Source: an uncultured Hormoscilla sp. (GTDB lineage Bacteria; Cyanobacteriota; Cyanobacteriia; Cyanobacteriales; Desertifilaceae). From it: DNA of 64,000 nucleotides. Below the pieces are notes generated by a model. That model saw nothing but the letters and a program-made list of their open reading frames with translations, was not told the origin of the DNA and did not search any database. The DNA lies in NCBI GenBank assembly GCA_963921275.4, contig OZ001293.3:3872001-3936000 (forward strand), given 5' to 3'. Both the position numbers and the translations under genes were made by a program. This document shows positions 1 to 10,375 of the stretch, piece by piece (position 1 is the stretch's first letter; the number at the start of each line of letters is the position of its first letter).

Positions 1-453
1 CAGGAATTGCAGTTTTATCTCAAGCAAAAACTGCCCAATTTCATGCTCCCCAGCTTTTATGTCTGCCTGGAGGACCTGCCACTTACTCCTAATGGTAAAA
101 TCAATCGAGACGCTCTTCCTCCTCCAGACCCCAAGACTCAGTTGAAGGCGATCTATGTTGAACCCAAAACTGATACAGAAAAACGTATTGCAGCGATCTG
201 GCAAGAGTTGCTGTCAGTTGACAAAGTGGGAATTGATGATAATTTCTTTAATTTAGGAGGACATTCTCTCCTGGCCACCCAAATGATTTCTCGACTGCGA
301 GCAGCTTTTGAGATAGACTTGCCTCTGCGGACTGTGTTTGATCGCCCCACCGTCGCAGCATTGGCAAGCGTTATTACGGAACGCCTGCTGGCAGAAGCGG
401 AAAGCGATGCTTTAGAAAATATTCTGGCTGAAGTTGAGCAACTTGAGTTGTGA
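1..453 (+). CDS. NRPS, C-terminal end only (A-domain C-terminal subdomain + PCP); runs off the left edge
   Basis: LPLTPNGKINR (A10 motif), DNFFNLGGHSLLA (Ppant serine), short acidic C-terminal docking-like helix. Confidence 0.93.
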   Translation, partial: QELQFYLKQKLPNFMLPSFYVCLEDLPLTPNGKINRDALPPPDPKTQLKAIYVEPKTDTEKRIAAIWQELLSVDKVGIDDNFFNLGGHSLLATQMISRLRAAFEIDLPLRTVFDRPTVAALASVITERLLAEAESDALENILAEVEQLEL

Positions 454-490
454 ATTGAGATGGTGTGAGAAGATTTGGAGAAAAATTATC

Positions 491-2323
491 GTGAAGATAT
501 TAGGGATTTCAGCATATTATCACGACAGTGCCGCCGCTTTAGTATTTGATGGCGAGATCCAAGCAGCTGCGCAAGAAGAACGCTTTTCTCGTCAGAAACA
601 TGATGCGAGATTTCCCAAACAGGCGATCGCATTTTGCCTGCAAGCAGCTGAAGTTAAGCTGCAAGACTTAGATTTTATCGCCTTCTACGAAAAACCTTTA
701 ATCACCTTCGATCGCTTGCTGGAAACCTATCTTGCTTATGCGCCCAAAGGATTTCTTTCTTTTATCCCAGCGATGTCAGTTTGGTTGAAAGAAAAACTGT
801 ACTTGAAAGGTATATTAAAAAAAGAGTTGGCGAAATTGGGAGATTGTCAGCGATCGCAAGTTCCGCCTTTGCTGTTCTCAGAGCATCATCAATCTCATGC
901 TGCTTCGGCTTTTTTTCCGAGTCCCTTTGAGCGAGCAGCAGTTCTGTGTCTTGACGCTGTGGGGGAATGGGCGACAACTTCTTGCTGGTTGGGAGCGGGA
1001 AATCAACTGACGCCAGAATGGGAAATCAACTTTCCTCATTCTCTAGGAATGCTTTATTCCGCCTTCACCTACTACATCGGGTTTAAGGTTAACTCTGGAG
1101 AATATAAACTCATGGGACTGGCCCCCTATGGGGAACCCAAATATGTAGACTTAATCTTCGATAATCTGTTGGACCTCAAGGCTGATGGAACTTTTCAACT
1201 AAATATGGATTACTTTGATTACACTACAGGTCTGAAAATGACCAAGGAGAAGTTCCATCAGCTTTTTGGCGGTCTCCCTCGTCAACCAGAGAGTAAACTA
1301 ACTCAACGAGAGTGCGATATTGCTGCTTCCATTCAAAAAGTTACAGAAACAGTGGTGTTGCGTTTAGCCGAGAAAGTCCATCAAGATTCTGGTGAAGATT
1401 ATTTATGTTTAGCAGGTGGTGTGGCCCTTAATTGCGTAGCCAATGGTAGAGTGTTGCGAGAAGGCCCTTTCCAGGATATTTGGATTCAACCAGCATCTGG
1501 CGATGCTGGTGGATCTATCGGCGCAGCTTTATCAGTTTGGCATCAGTACTGCTCCCAACCTCGTGTTGTTAATGGTGCCGATAAAATGCAAGGTGCTTAC
1601 CTAGGGCCGGAGTTTGAGGAAACGGAAATTGTCGATTATTTAGAACGGGTTGGTACTAGATACAATCGGTTAGCAGACGAGGAGCTTTTTTCTAGCGTGG
1701 CAGAACTTTTAGCTGCCGAAAATGTGGTAGGCTGGTTTCAAGGTCGGATGGAGTTTGGTCCTCGGGCCCTGGGGAACCGATCGATTATTGGCGACCCGCG
1801 CAGCCCCAAGATGCAGTCGGTGATGAATCTGAAAATTAAATATCGAGAATCATTCCGCCCTTTTGCGCCTTCAGTCCTAGCTGAACGTGTTTCTGATTAC
1901 TTTGAAATCGATCGCGCCAGTCCCTATATGTCCTTGGTAGCACCGGTGAAAGAATACTTGCATTTACCAACTTCTGCTGCACAACAAGAACTTTTTGGCA
2001 TTGACAAGTTGCAGGTACCGCGTTCGACTATTCCCGCTGTTACCCATGTAGATTATTCGGCTCGCATTCAAACGGTTCACAAAGAGACAAATCACCGTTA
2101 TTATCAGCTAATATCGCATTTTGAACGCCAAGCAGGAATAGCAGTTATAATAAATACTTCCTTTAATGTTAGAAGTGAACCGATCGTCTGTACGCCAGAA
2201 GATGCATACAATTGCTTTATGAACACGGAAATGGACTATCTGGTGTTAGGAAATTTGTTGTTGGCTAAGTCAGATCAGCCTCAAGATAATAAAGTTGGAA
2301 AAAAACAGTTTGAGTTGGATTGA
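491..2323 (+). CDS. NodU/CmcH-family O-carbamoyltransferase (SxtI-like)
   Basis: GTG start after GGAG; ILGISAYYHDSAAAL, EHHQSHAASAF, GEYKLMGLAPYG, AGGVALNCVANG, EFGPRALGNRS, KYRESFRPFAP, NTSFN. Confidence 0.95.
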   Translation: MKILGISAYYHDSAAALVFDGEIQAAAQEERFSRQKHDARFPKQAIAFCLQAAEVKLQDLDFIAFYEKPLITFDRLLETYLAYAPKGFLSFIPAMSVWLKEKLYLKGILKKELAKLGDCQRSQVPPLLFSEHHQSHAASAFFPSPFERAAVLCLDAVGEWATTSCWLGAGNQLTPEWEINFPHSLGMLYSAFTYYIGFKVNSGEYKLMGLAPYGEPKYVDLIFDNLLDLKADGTFQLNMDYFDYTTGLKMTKEKFHQLFGGLPRQPESKLTQRECDIAASIQKVTETVVLRLAEKVHQDSGEDYLCLAGGVALNCVANGRVLREGPFQDIWIQPASGDAGGSIGAALSVWHQYCSQPRVVNGADKMQGAYLGPEFEETEIVDYLERVGTRYNRLADEELFSSVAELLAAENVVGWFQGRMEFGPRALGNRSIIGDPRSPKMQSVMNLKIKYRESFRPFAPSVLAERVSDYFEIDRASPYMSLVAPVKEYLHLPTSAAQQELFGIDKLQVPRSTIPAVTHVDYSARIQTVHKETNHRYYQLISHFERQAGIAVIINTSFNVRSEPIVCTPEDAYNCFMNTEMDYLVLGNLLLAKSDQPQDNKVGKKQFELD

Positions 2324-2347
2324 AATAAGTAGGAAGGAACGGGTAAA

Positions 2348-2512
2348 ATGATAGAAACAGTCATGGAATTATTCAAGGATATGTCGGGATTTTTGAATGA
2401 GCGGAAGAAATATTGGCTAGTGCCACTGATAATAACTCTGATGTCAGTGGGTGGTCTCATAATTTTTGCTCAAGGATCCGCGATCGCGCCGTTTATCTAC
2501 ACTCTATTTTAA
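2348..2512 (+). CDS. 54-aa DUF5989/SxtK-like small membrane protein (not in the ORF track)
   Basis: Hand translation MIETVMELFKDMSGFLNERKKYWLVPLIITLMSVGGLIIFAQGSAIAPFIYTLF; the RKKYWLxP...APFIYTLF signature typically follows carbamoyltransferases. Confidence 0.9.
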   Translation: MIETVMELFKDMSGFLNERKKYWLVPLIITLMSVGGLIIFAQGSAIAPFIYTLF

Positions 2513-2519
2513 GAAAATC

Positions 2520-3707
2520 ATGAAAAATGTTGTCAAAATTATCATAGTCAATATTGCCATCACTTTGCTTTTGCTCTTCGCTGTGAATTTTGTGAGCGAG
2601 GCGGTCCTGCTTATTTATGGACTAGCGGAACAGTATGCGATCGCCAATCAGGTTGACGAACGAGCTAATTTGCCTAATTATGTGGATGATAGAGATACAG
2701 CTAAACTGCATTTTCAGGAATCAAACCAATTATTAACTCAGTTTGAACCCTTTATTGGTTGGTCGAGAAAACCGTTTCAGGGAAAGACAATTAATATAGA
2801 CGCAAAAGGCGATCGCATCCACAAAAATGAGCGCAAAGATGAGGCAAACGTCCAAGAGTTGGTTCCGTCCATACATTTTCTGGGCGGTTCAACAATGTGG
2901 GGAACTGGAGTGTCAGATGCAGAAACGATTCCAGCTTTATTTAATCAAATATCAGGGATTGCTACTTTTAATAAAGCTGAGATTAACTTCACATCTCGCC
3001 AGTCTCTGGAGAGATTGATAAACATTTTAACATTTGAAAAAGAAAGAATAAATGCAGTAATATTTTATGATGGTGTTAACGATATTCTGAATTTATGTAG
3101 AAGCGAAAATCAAGTAGGAGAATACGGATATGCGAGCCATATTAAAAACAAGATAAACAGGAATATTGATAAATCACCAGCAAATCAAATAGGGAAATAT
3201 CTAGACTTGAAATTATGGCGGGGAACGAGAAGTTTAATAGATTTAGTAATGAACCAACCAGCTAGAATGAATTATAACTGGTATCGGACAATGAATTGCG
3301 ACGATCGGCCCCTCAAAGCACGGCAAATAGCATCAGCACTGGTCGAGAATTGGGAAATAGGCCACGATCTAGCCAGTGCGCGAGGAATAAAATTTCTAGC
3401 AATACTTCAACCGGTTGCTTTTAGAGGAAACCCCAAACTAGATTATTTACATTTGGATTCAGGGGTGGATAATGAATTAAGGAAGCAATACCAAGCAGTT
3501 TATCCACTCGTTCAGGCTATGATGCGAGAACGAAACCGTGACTGGCTACTAGACTACACCGATTTATTCGATCGCGACGAGGACATTTATATAGATTTCT
3601 GTCATGTATCCAAAAATGGTAATCTGATTATTGCCCGGCAAATATATGCCGATGCTCTGCACCGGTGGAGAAAAGAACCCCAAGTATTAACCATCAACAA
3701 AGAATAA
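2520..3707 (+). CDS. Membrane-anchored SGNH/GDSL-like hydrolase/acyltransferase
   Basis: N-terminal TM helix; FLGGSTMWG (block I), YDGVND (block III), DFCHVS (block V); ATG at 2520 follows the DUF5989 stop. Confidence 0.8.
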   Translation: MKNVVKIIIVNIAITLLLLFAVNFVSEAVLLIYGLAEQYAIANQVDERANLPNYVDDRDTAKLHFQESNQLLTQFEPFIGWSRKPFQGKTINIDAKGDRIHKNERKDEANVQELVPSIHFLGGSTMWGTGVSDAETIPALFNQISGIATFNKAEINFTSRQSLERLINILTFEKERINAVIFYDGVNDILNLCRSENQVGEYGYASHIKNKINRNIDKSPANQIGKYLDLKLWRGTRSLIDLVMNQPARMNYNWYRTMNCDDRPLKARQIASALVENWEIGHDLASARGIKFLAILQPVAFRGNPKLDYLHLDSGVDNELRKQYQAVYPLVQAMMRERNRDWLLDYTDLFDRDEDIYIDFCHVSKNGNLIIARQIYADALHRWRKEPQVLTINKE

Positions 3708-3717
3708 TTTACAGATT

Positions 3718-6700
3718 ATGAGCGACCTACAAAAACGTTTAGAAAAACTTTCTCCAGCTCAACGGGAACTGGTACTCAAAAAGCTGCAAGCACAAAAGCA
3801 AAACTTGAAGCCCCAAGCCAAAGTACCGGCGCGAGCGCCTGTTTCCAGAGACCAACCAATTCCGCTATCCTGGAATCAACAAAGACTGTGGTTTTTAGAG
3901 CAACTCGAAGGTAGCAGTTCTACATACAATATCCCGGCAGCAGTAGAGTTGGTGGGAGACCTCAACCTCACGGCCTTAGAGCAAGGGATCCAAGAAATTG
4001 TCCGACGCCATGAAGTCCTGCGGACAAATTTCACTTCTAAAGACGGACTCCCAGTGCAACAGATCGCCCCAGAGTTAAAGCTACACATAGCAGTTATCGA
4101 CCTCAAGTCAGATACCGAAGGGGATGAGGAAGTAAAGGAAAAAGCGATCGCCGAAGTGCAAAAGCCTTTCGATCTAGCAAAAGATCCCTTACTCCGGGTA
4201 ACTCTATTGCGGCGAGAGCCCTCCTCGCACGTCCTGTTGCTGACCATGCACCATATTATCTCTGATGGCTGGTCGATGGGGATATTAATTACAGAATTGT
4301 CACAGTTGTATCGGGCATTTTCGTTCCAAGCACCATCGCCCTTACCGGAACTACCATTTCAATATGCAGACTTTGCTGTATGGCAGCGGCAATGGTTGAG
4401 CGGAGAAACTTTAGAAACTCAACTAAATTACTGGAAAGAAACCCTCTCGGGGGCCCCGGAACTATTAGAATTACCGACAGACCTATCGCGTCCTCCCCTG
4501 CAGAAATTTCGCGGTAGCAGTATCAAATTTAACCTATCGGCAGAATTAACGAAAAAACTCCAAATTATAGCTGAAAAGTCCGAGGCCACCCTATTTATGA
4601 TTCTCTTCAGTGCTTTGGTGACTTTACTTTATCGCTATACCGCTCAAGAGGATATCTGTATCGGCACCCCGATCGCCAACCGGAACCGCGCCGAAACGGA
4701 ATCGCTAATTGGCTTTTTTATCAACACATTGGTATTGCGCGCGGACTTGACAGGAGATCCGACTTTTTCGGAGTTGATCGCGAGGGTGCGACAAAAGGCG
4801 ATCGATGCATACGATCGCCAGGACGTACCCTTCGAGCAAGTAGTAGAAGCTTTGCAACCCTCACGTTCTCTGAGCTACAGTCCCCTATTCCAGGTAATGT
4901 TTGCCTTGCAGAATGCACCGATGGGAGAATTAGAACTGCCCGGTCTGACTCTCAAACCCTTGGTCCAAGACAGCCTGACAGCCAAATTTGACCTGACAAT
5001 ATCCATGTGGGAAACAGACGCCGGACTGGCAGGATCCTGGGAATATAACAGTGACTTGTTCGATCGAGAGACGAGCGATCGCACCATCGGCCATTTCCAG
5101 ACATTGCTGGCCGGAATAGTAGCTAACCCCGACTGGCCTATAGGAGAATTACCTCTGCTGACTGCTGAGGAAAATCAACTATTCGAGTCGTGGAACAATA
5201 CTAAAACAAACTATCCGGCGGACAAATCTATTGGAGAACTATTTGAAAGGCAAGTCGAAAAGACCCCCGATGCCATAGCAGTAACCTACGGACGGGAACA
5301 ACTCACCTACAAACAGTTAAACTGCCGTGCTAACCAATTGGGACATTACCTGCAAGCTCGGGGTGTGGGCCCAGAAGTGCTAGTGGGTCTCTGCGTCGAT
5401 CGCTCCCTAGATGCGATCGTGGCCATGCTCGGCATTATCAAAGCTGGTGGCGCTTACGTGCCCATCGATCCAGACTATCCTCAAGACCGCATCGCCTATA
5501 TATTGTCAGATGCCCGAGTGCCAGTCTTGATTACTCAGTCTACGAGAAGAGCTAACTTGCCAGAACATCAGGCAGTTCTTGTCTGCTTAGATACAGACTG
5601 GCAAGAAATTAGCACCTGCAGCAGCGACAACATCAAAAGTGAAGTAAAACCCACTTCCTTAGCTTACCTGATCTATACATCTGGTTCTACAGGTAAGCCT
5701 AAAGGTGTAGCAGTGGTCCAGCAAGCCATCAGTCGTCTCGTGTTTGAGACCAACTACGTGCAGTTGCAGCCTACCGTGCCGGAAAAATCGGACTGCATGG
5801 CCCAAGCTTCTAATATCTCTTTTGATGCCGCCACTTTTGAAATTTGGGGAGCCTTGCTGCACGGAGCCAAACTCGTAGGCATTACTAAAGAAGTGCTGCT
5901 TTCACCTGAAGCATTGGCAAACCAGTTGCGCGAGCAAAAGATCGCGATTTTGTTTGTCACTACAGCCCTTTTCAATCAGTTGGTCAGTGTCGTGCCAGAT
6001 ATTTTCCAGCATCTGAGCACTCTCTTGTTCGGAGGTGAAGCGGTTGACCCATCCTGGGTAGCAACAGTCCTGGAAAAAGGACCGCCACGGCGACTGCTGC
6101 ACCTGTACGGACCAACGGAAAGCACGACATTCTCGACCTGGTATCTAGTAGAGTCAGTACCAGCAGGCGCAACCAACCTGCCCATTGGCAGTCCCATATC
6201 TAATACTACTATTTATGTCCTCGATCGCCATCTGCAACCCGTCCCCATTGGAGTCCCAGGAGAATTGTATATTGGCGGGGACGGTTTGGCTCGCGGTTAT
6301 CTGAACCGTCCGGAATTAACAGCCGCAAGATTTATCGATAACCCCTTTGGCAGTGGCCGTCTCTATAAAACAGGAGACTTGGTGCGTTACCTGCCAGATG
6401 GTAATATCGAATTTAAGGGTCGGATCGACAATCAAGTTAAGGTGCGCGGTTTCCGCATCGAACTGGGAGAAATTGAAGCCCTTTTGAGCAAGCACCCGCA
6501 AGTGCGAGAAGCAGTAGTCATAGTCCGGGAAGACCAACCGGGCAACAAGCGTCTGACAGGCTATGTACTCCCTTACTTAGAACCGCCAACTAGCAGTGCT
6601 TTGCGCGGCTTCCTGAAAGAAAGACTGCCCGAATATATGGTGCCAGCAGCTTTTGTGATTATGGAAGCCTTACCCTTAACCCCCAATGGCAAGGTGGAGC

Positions 6701-8463
6701 GCAAGGCGCTTCCAGCACCGGACGGACAAAGGGATGAAGACTCTGGTTTTGTCGCCCCCAGAACTCCTACAGAAGAAACATTGGCAGCTATCTGGAGCGA
6801 GATTTTGAGGGTTGAACGAGTAGGGGTTTGCGACAACTTCTTTGCCTTGGGTGGAGATTCGATCGTTAGCATTCAAATTATCGCTAGGGCCAATCAAGCG
6901 GGTTTGAAGTTGACACCCAAACAGCTATTCCAGTATCAGACGATCGCCGAATTGGCAGCAGTGGCCAGCACGACTGCCGCGAGACAAGCGACACAGGGTT
7001 TGGTGACGGGTTCGGCCCCCCTGACTCCCATTCAACATTGGTTTTTCCAGCAGGATTTACCCGCACCTCATCACTTCAATCAATCAGTCCTGTTGTCGGT
7101 GCCTCCAGACTTGCAGCCGCAGCTTTTAGAACAGGCTGTTCAAAAAATCTTAAGCCATCACGATGCCCTGCGATCGCGATTTATCGCCTCTGACACCGGT
7201 TGGCAGCAAGTTTATGCTACCCCAGACGAACAGATACCTTTCCAAGTCGCGGATCTGTCCGCTATTCCCCTCGCAGAACAGTCAGGACAGATGGAGGCGA
7301 TCGCGAATGAAATTCAAGCGAGTTTGCACCTGTCATCGGGACCGATAATGCGAGTGGTGCTGTTTCAGTTGGGGAGCGATCGGCCTGGTAGAATGCTAAT
7401 AGTCATCCATCACTTAGCAGTTGATGGCGTGTCCTGGCGCATTCTGCTAGAAGACTTGTCAACCGCTTACCAGCAGGAGGCCCTTCCGCCCAAAACTACC
7501 TCTTTCCAAGATTGGGCTAACCTGTTGACTGAATACGCGCGAACCGTTCCGGAAAAATCGGAAACAATCTCCAAAGAGTTAAACTACTGGCTAACCCAGT
7601 CGAGCACCAATATTGATTCGATCCCGGTGGACTATCCCGAGGGCAAGCAGGCCAACAGTTTTGGCTCCAGTCGCACGGTATCGGTATCATTAACGGAGGC
7701 AGAAACTCGGATCTTGCTGCAAGAAGTACCCAAGGCTTATAATACTCAGATTAATGACGTGCTGCTGACGGCATTAGTACTCAGCTTTGCCAAATGTACT
7801 GGCAGTAAATCATTGTTGGTGGACTTAGAAGGCCACGGCAGGGAAGAATTATTTGCCGATAGCGCCAGCGTAGACTTATCCCGGACTGTGGGTTGGTTTA
7901 CAACTTGTTTTCCGGTATCCTTGCAACTGGAGTCCGTTGACGATCTCTCTGATGCACTTAAATCGATCAAAGAGCAGCTGCGGAGCATACCTTCTAAAGG
8001 AATTGGTTATGGCCTCCTGCGCTATCTCAGTTCCGATGCGGCCACCCGCCAGACACTGGCAGATCAAACCCCATCTGAAATTAGTTTTAACTATTTAGGT
8101 CAATTTGCCGCTTCTAATGGGTTGCGATCGGGTACGATGGCATGGGGTATAGTGAGGGAAGCAACCGGCGAAAATCACAGTCCATTAGGTATTCGCGCTC
8201 ATCTACTGGATGTTAACGGATTAGTAGTTGCCGGACGGCTGCAAATGGATTATATTTACAGTGAAAACGTTCATCAACGAACAACTGTCGAACGCCTGGC
8301 TAAAACCTTTATAGAGACCTTAAAGTCCCTGAGCGACCACTGCACAGCACCGGAGGTGGGAGGCGATACCGCTTCAGACTTCTCGGCAGCAAGGTTAAAT
8401 CAACAACAGCTAGACAGTTTCCTGGCCAAAATCAAGAAACCCAAATCTGAGAAGAAAAAATAA
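3718..8463 (+). CDS. Single-module NRPS C(LCL)-A-PCP-E with C-terminal COM-donor tail; A code read by eye DAFFLGLTFK (Ile/aliphatic)
   Basis: HHIISDGWS; YTSGSTGKPKG; YKTGD; GGDSI PCP (typical before E domains); HHLAVDGVSW, EGHGRE, RTVGWFT (E domain); GGDTASDFSAARLNQQQLD tail. Confidence 0.95.
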   Translation: MSDLQKRLEKLSPAQRELVLKKLQAQKQNLKPQAKVPARAPVSRDQPIPLSWNQQRLWFLEQLEGSSSTYNIPAAVELVGDLNLTALEQGIQEIVRRHEVLRTNFTSKDGLPVQQIAPELKLHIAVIDLKSDTEGDEEVKEKAIAEVQKPFDLAKDPLLRVTLLRREPSSHVLLLTMHHIISDGWSMGILITELSQLYRAFSFQAPSPLPELPFQYADFAVWQRQWLSGETLETQLNYWKETLSGAPELLELPTDLSRPPLQKFRGSSIKFNLSAELTKKLQIIAEKSEATLFMILFSALVTLLYRYTAQEDICIGTPIANRNRAETESLIGFFINTLVLRADLTGDPTFSELIARVRQKAIDAYDRQDVPFEQVVEALQPSRSLSYSPLFQVMFALQNAPMGELELPGLTLKPLVQDSLTAKFDLTISMWETDAGLAGSWEYNSDLFDRETSDRTIGHFQTLLAGIVANPDWPIGELPLLTAEENQLFESWNNTKTNYPADKSIGELFERQVEKTPDAIAVTYGREQLTYKQLNCRANQLGHYLQARGVGPEVLVGLCVDRSLDAIVAMLGIIKAGGAYVPIDPDYPQDRIAYILSDARVPVLITQSTRRANLPEHQAVLVCLDTDWQEISTCSSDNIKSEVKPTSLAYLIYTSGSTGKPKGVAVVQQAISRLVFETNYVQLQPTVPEKSDCMAQASNISFDAATFEIWGALLHGAKLVGITKEVLLSPEALANQLREQKIAILFVTTALFNQLVSVVPDIFQHLSTLLFGGEAVDPSWVATVLEKGPPRRLLHLYGPTESTTFSTWYLVESVPAGATNLPIGSPISNTTIYVLDRHLQPVPIGVPGELYIGGDGLARGYLNRPELTAARFIDNPFGSGRLYKTGDLVRYLPDGNIEFKGRIDNQVKVRGFRIELGEIEALLSKHPQVREAVVIVREDQPGNKRLTGYVLPYLEPPTSSALRGFLKERLPEYMVPAAFVIMEALPLTPNGKVERKALPAPDGQRDEDSGFVAPRTPTEETLAAIWSEILRVERVGVCDNFFALGGDSIVSIQIIARANQAGLKLTPKQLFQYQTIAELAAVASTTAARQATQGLVTGSAPLTPIQHWFFQQDLPAPHHFNQSVLLSVPPDLQPQLLEQAVQKILSHHDALRSRFIASDTGWQQVYATPDEQIPFQVADLSAIPLAEQSGQMEAIANEIQASLHLSSGPIMRVVLFQLGSDRPGRMLIVIHHLAVDGVSWRILLEDLSTAYQQEALPPKTTSFQDWANLLTEYARTVPEKSETISKELNYWLTQSSTNIDSIPVDYPEGKQANSFGSSRTVSVSLTEAETRILLQEVPKAYNTQINDVLLTALVLSFAKCTGSKSLLVDLEGHGREELFADSASVDLSRTVGWFTTCFPVSLQLESVDDLSDALKSIKEQLRSIPSKGIGYGLLRYLSSDAATRQTLADQTPSEISFNYLGQFAASNGLRSGTMAWGIVREATGENHSPLGIRAHLLDVNGLVVAGRLQMDYIYSENVHQRTTVERLAKTFIETLKSLSDHCTAPEVGGDTASDFSAARLNQQQLDSFLAKIKKPKSEKKK

Positions 8464-8474
8464 CAGACAGGGAC

Positions 8475-8503
8475 TTGACAACGAGCTGAGAGATGGCTAT
8501 CAT
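8475..8503 (+). promoter_or_regulatory. Sigma70-type promoter TTGACA-N17-TATCAT; repeated at 8714 (TATCGT), 8953, 9192, 9431, 9670, 9909, 10148, 10387
   Basis: ttgaca acgagctgagagatggc tatcat: perfect -35, 17-nt spacer, 5/6 match at -10. Confidence 0.75.
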
Positions 8504-8516
8504 ATAGAAGTAGCTT

Positions 8517-10375
8517 GTGAATGAAGGGCGGCTGAACGGCTGGCTAAGACATGAGACCTTAAAGTACCCGATAGACCACTGCGCAGCACCGGAGGTGGGA
8601 GGCGATACCGCTTCAGACTTCTCGGCAGCAAGGTTAAATCAACAACAGCTAGACAGTTTCCTGGCCAAAATCAAGAAACCCAAATCTGAGAAGAAAAAAT
8701 GACAGACAGGGACTTGACAACGAGCTGAGAGATGGCTATCGTAGAGAAGTAGTTTGTGAATGAAGGGCGGCTGAACGGCTGGCTAAGACATGAGACCTTA
8801 AAGTACCCGATAGACCACTGCGCAGCACCGGAGGTGGGAGGCGATACCGCTTCAGACTTCTCGGCAGCAAGGTTAAATCAACAACAGCTAGACAGTTTCC
8901 TGGCCAAAATCAAGAAACCCAAATCTGAGAAGAAAAAATAACAGACAGGGACTTGACAACGAGCTGAGAGATGGCTATCATATAGAAGTAGCTTGTGAAT
9001 GAAGGGCGGCTGAACGGCTGGCTAAGACATGAGACCTTAAAGTACCCGATAGACCACTGCGCAGCACCGGAGGTGGGAGGCGATACCGCTTCAGACTTCT
9101 CGGCAGCAAGGTTAAATCAACAACAGCTAGACAGTTTCCTGGCCAAAATCAAGAAACCCAAATCTGAGAAGAAAAAATGACAGACAGGGACTTGACAACG
9201 AGCTGAGAGATGGCTATCATATAGAAGTAGCTTGTGAATGAAGGGCGGCTGAACGGCTGGCTAAGACATGAGACCTTAAAGTACCCGATAGACCACTGCG
9301 CAGCACCGGAGGTGGGAGGCGATACCGCTTCAGACTTCTCGGCAGCAAGGTTAAATCAACAACAGCTAGACAGTTTCCTGGCCAAAATCAAGAAACCCAA
9401 ATCTGAGAAGAAAAAATGACAGACAGGGACTTGACAACGAGCTGAGAGATGGCTATCATATAGAAGTAGCTTGTGAATGAAGGGCGGCTGAACGGCTGGC
9501 TAAGACATGAGACCTTAAAGTACCCGATAGACCACTGCGCAGCACCGGAGGTGGGAGGCGATACCGCTTCAGACTTCTCGGCAGCAAGGTTAAATCAACA
9601 ACAGCTAGACAGTTTCCTGGCCAAAATCAAGAAACCCAAATCTGAGAAGAAAAAATGACAGACAGGGACTTGACAACGAGCTGAGAGATGGCTATCATAT
9701 AGAAGTAGCTTGTGAATGAAGGGCGGCTGAACGGCTGGCTAAGACATGAGACCTTAAAGTACCCGATAGACCACTGCGCAGCACCGGAGGTGGGAGGCGA
9801 TACCGCTTCAGACTTCTCGGCAGCAAGGTTAAATCAACAACAGCTAGACAGTTTCCTGGCCAAAATCAAGAAACCCAAATCTGAGAAGAAAAAATGACAG
9901 ACAGGGACTTGACAACGAGCTGAGAGATGGCTATCATATAGAAGTAGCTTGTGAATGAAGGGCGGCTGAACGGCTGGCTAAGACATGAGACCTTAAAGTA
10001 CCCGATAGACCACTGCGCAGCACCGGAGGTGGGAGGCGATACCGCTTCAGACTTCTCGGCAGCAAGGTTAAATCAACAACAGCTAGACAGTTTCCTGGCC
10101 AAAATCAAGAAACCCAAATCTGAGAAGAAAAAATGACAGACAGGGACTTGACAACGAGCTGAGAGATGGCTATCATATAGAAGTAGCTTGTGAATGAAGG
10201 GCGGCTGAACGGCTGGCTAAGACATGAGACCTTAAAGTACCCGATAGACCACTGCGCAGCACCGGAGGTGGGAGGCGATACCGCTTCAGACTTCTCGGCA
10301 GCAAGGTTAAATCAACAACAGCTAGACAGTTTCCTGGCCAAAATCAAGAAACCCAAATCTGAGAAGAAAAAATAA
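8517..10375 (+). other. Eight identical 61-aa micro-ORFs ending in the NRPS COM-donor tail (translation uncertain)
   Basis: ORF track; GTG start ~14 nt after the -10 box with no SD; C-terminal ~40 aa match the 3718 NRPS terminus. Confidence 0.4.

Noticed and set aside
434..490. Longer N-termini from the ORF track (434, 2466, 10790, 26996, 39079, 54574, 58836)
   Set aside because: Downstream starts have better RBS, avoid overlaps or match family N-termini
491..2512. Saxitoxin cluster (sxtI/sxtK)
   Set aside because: These families are widespread; no sxtA/G/B-like genes in the window and the context is NRPS
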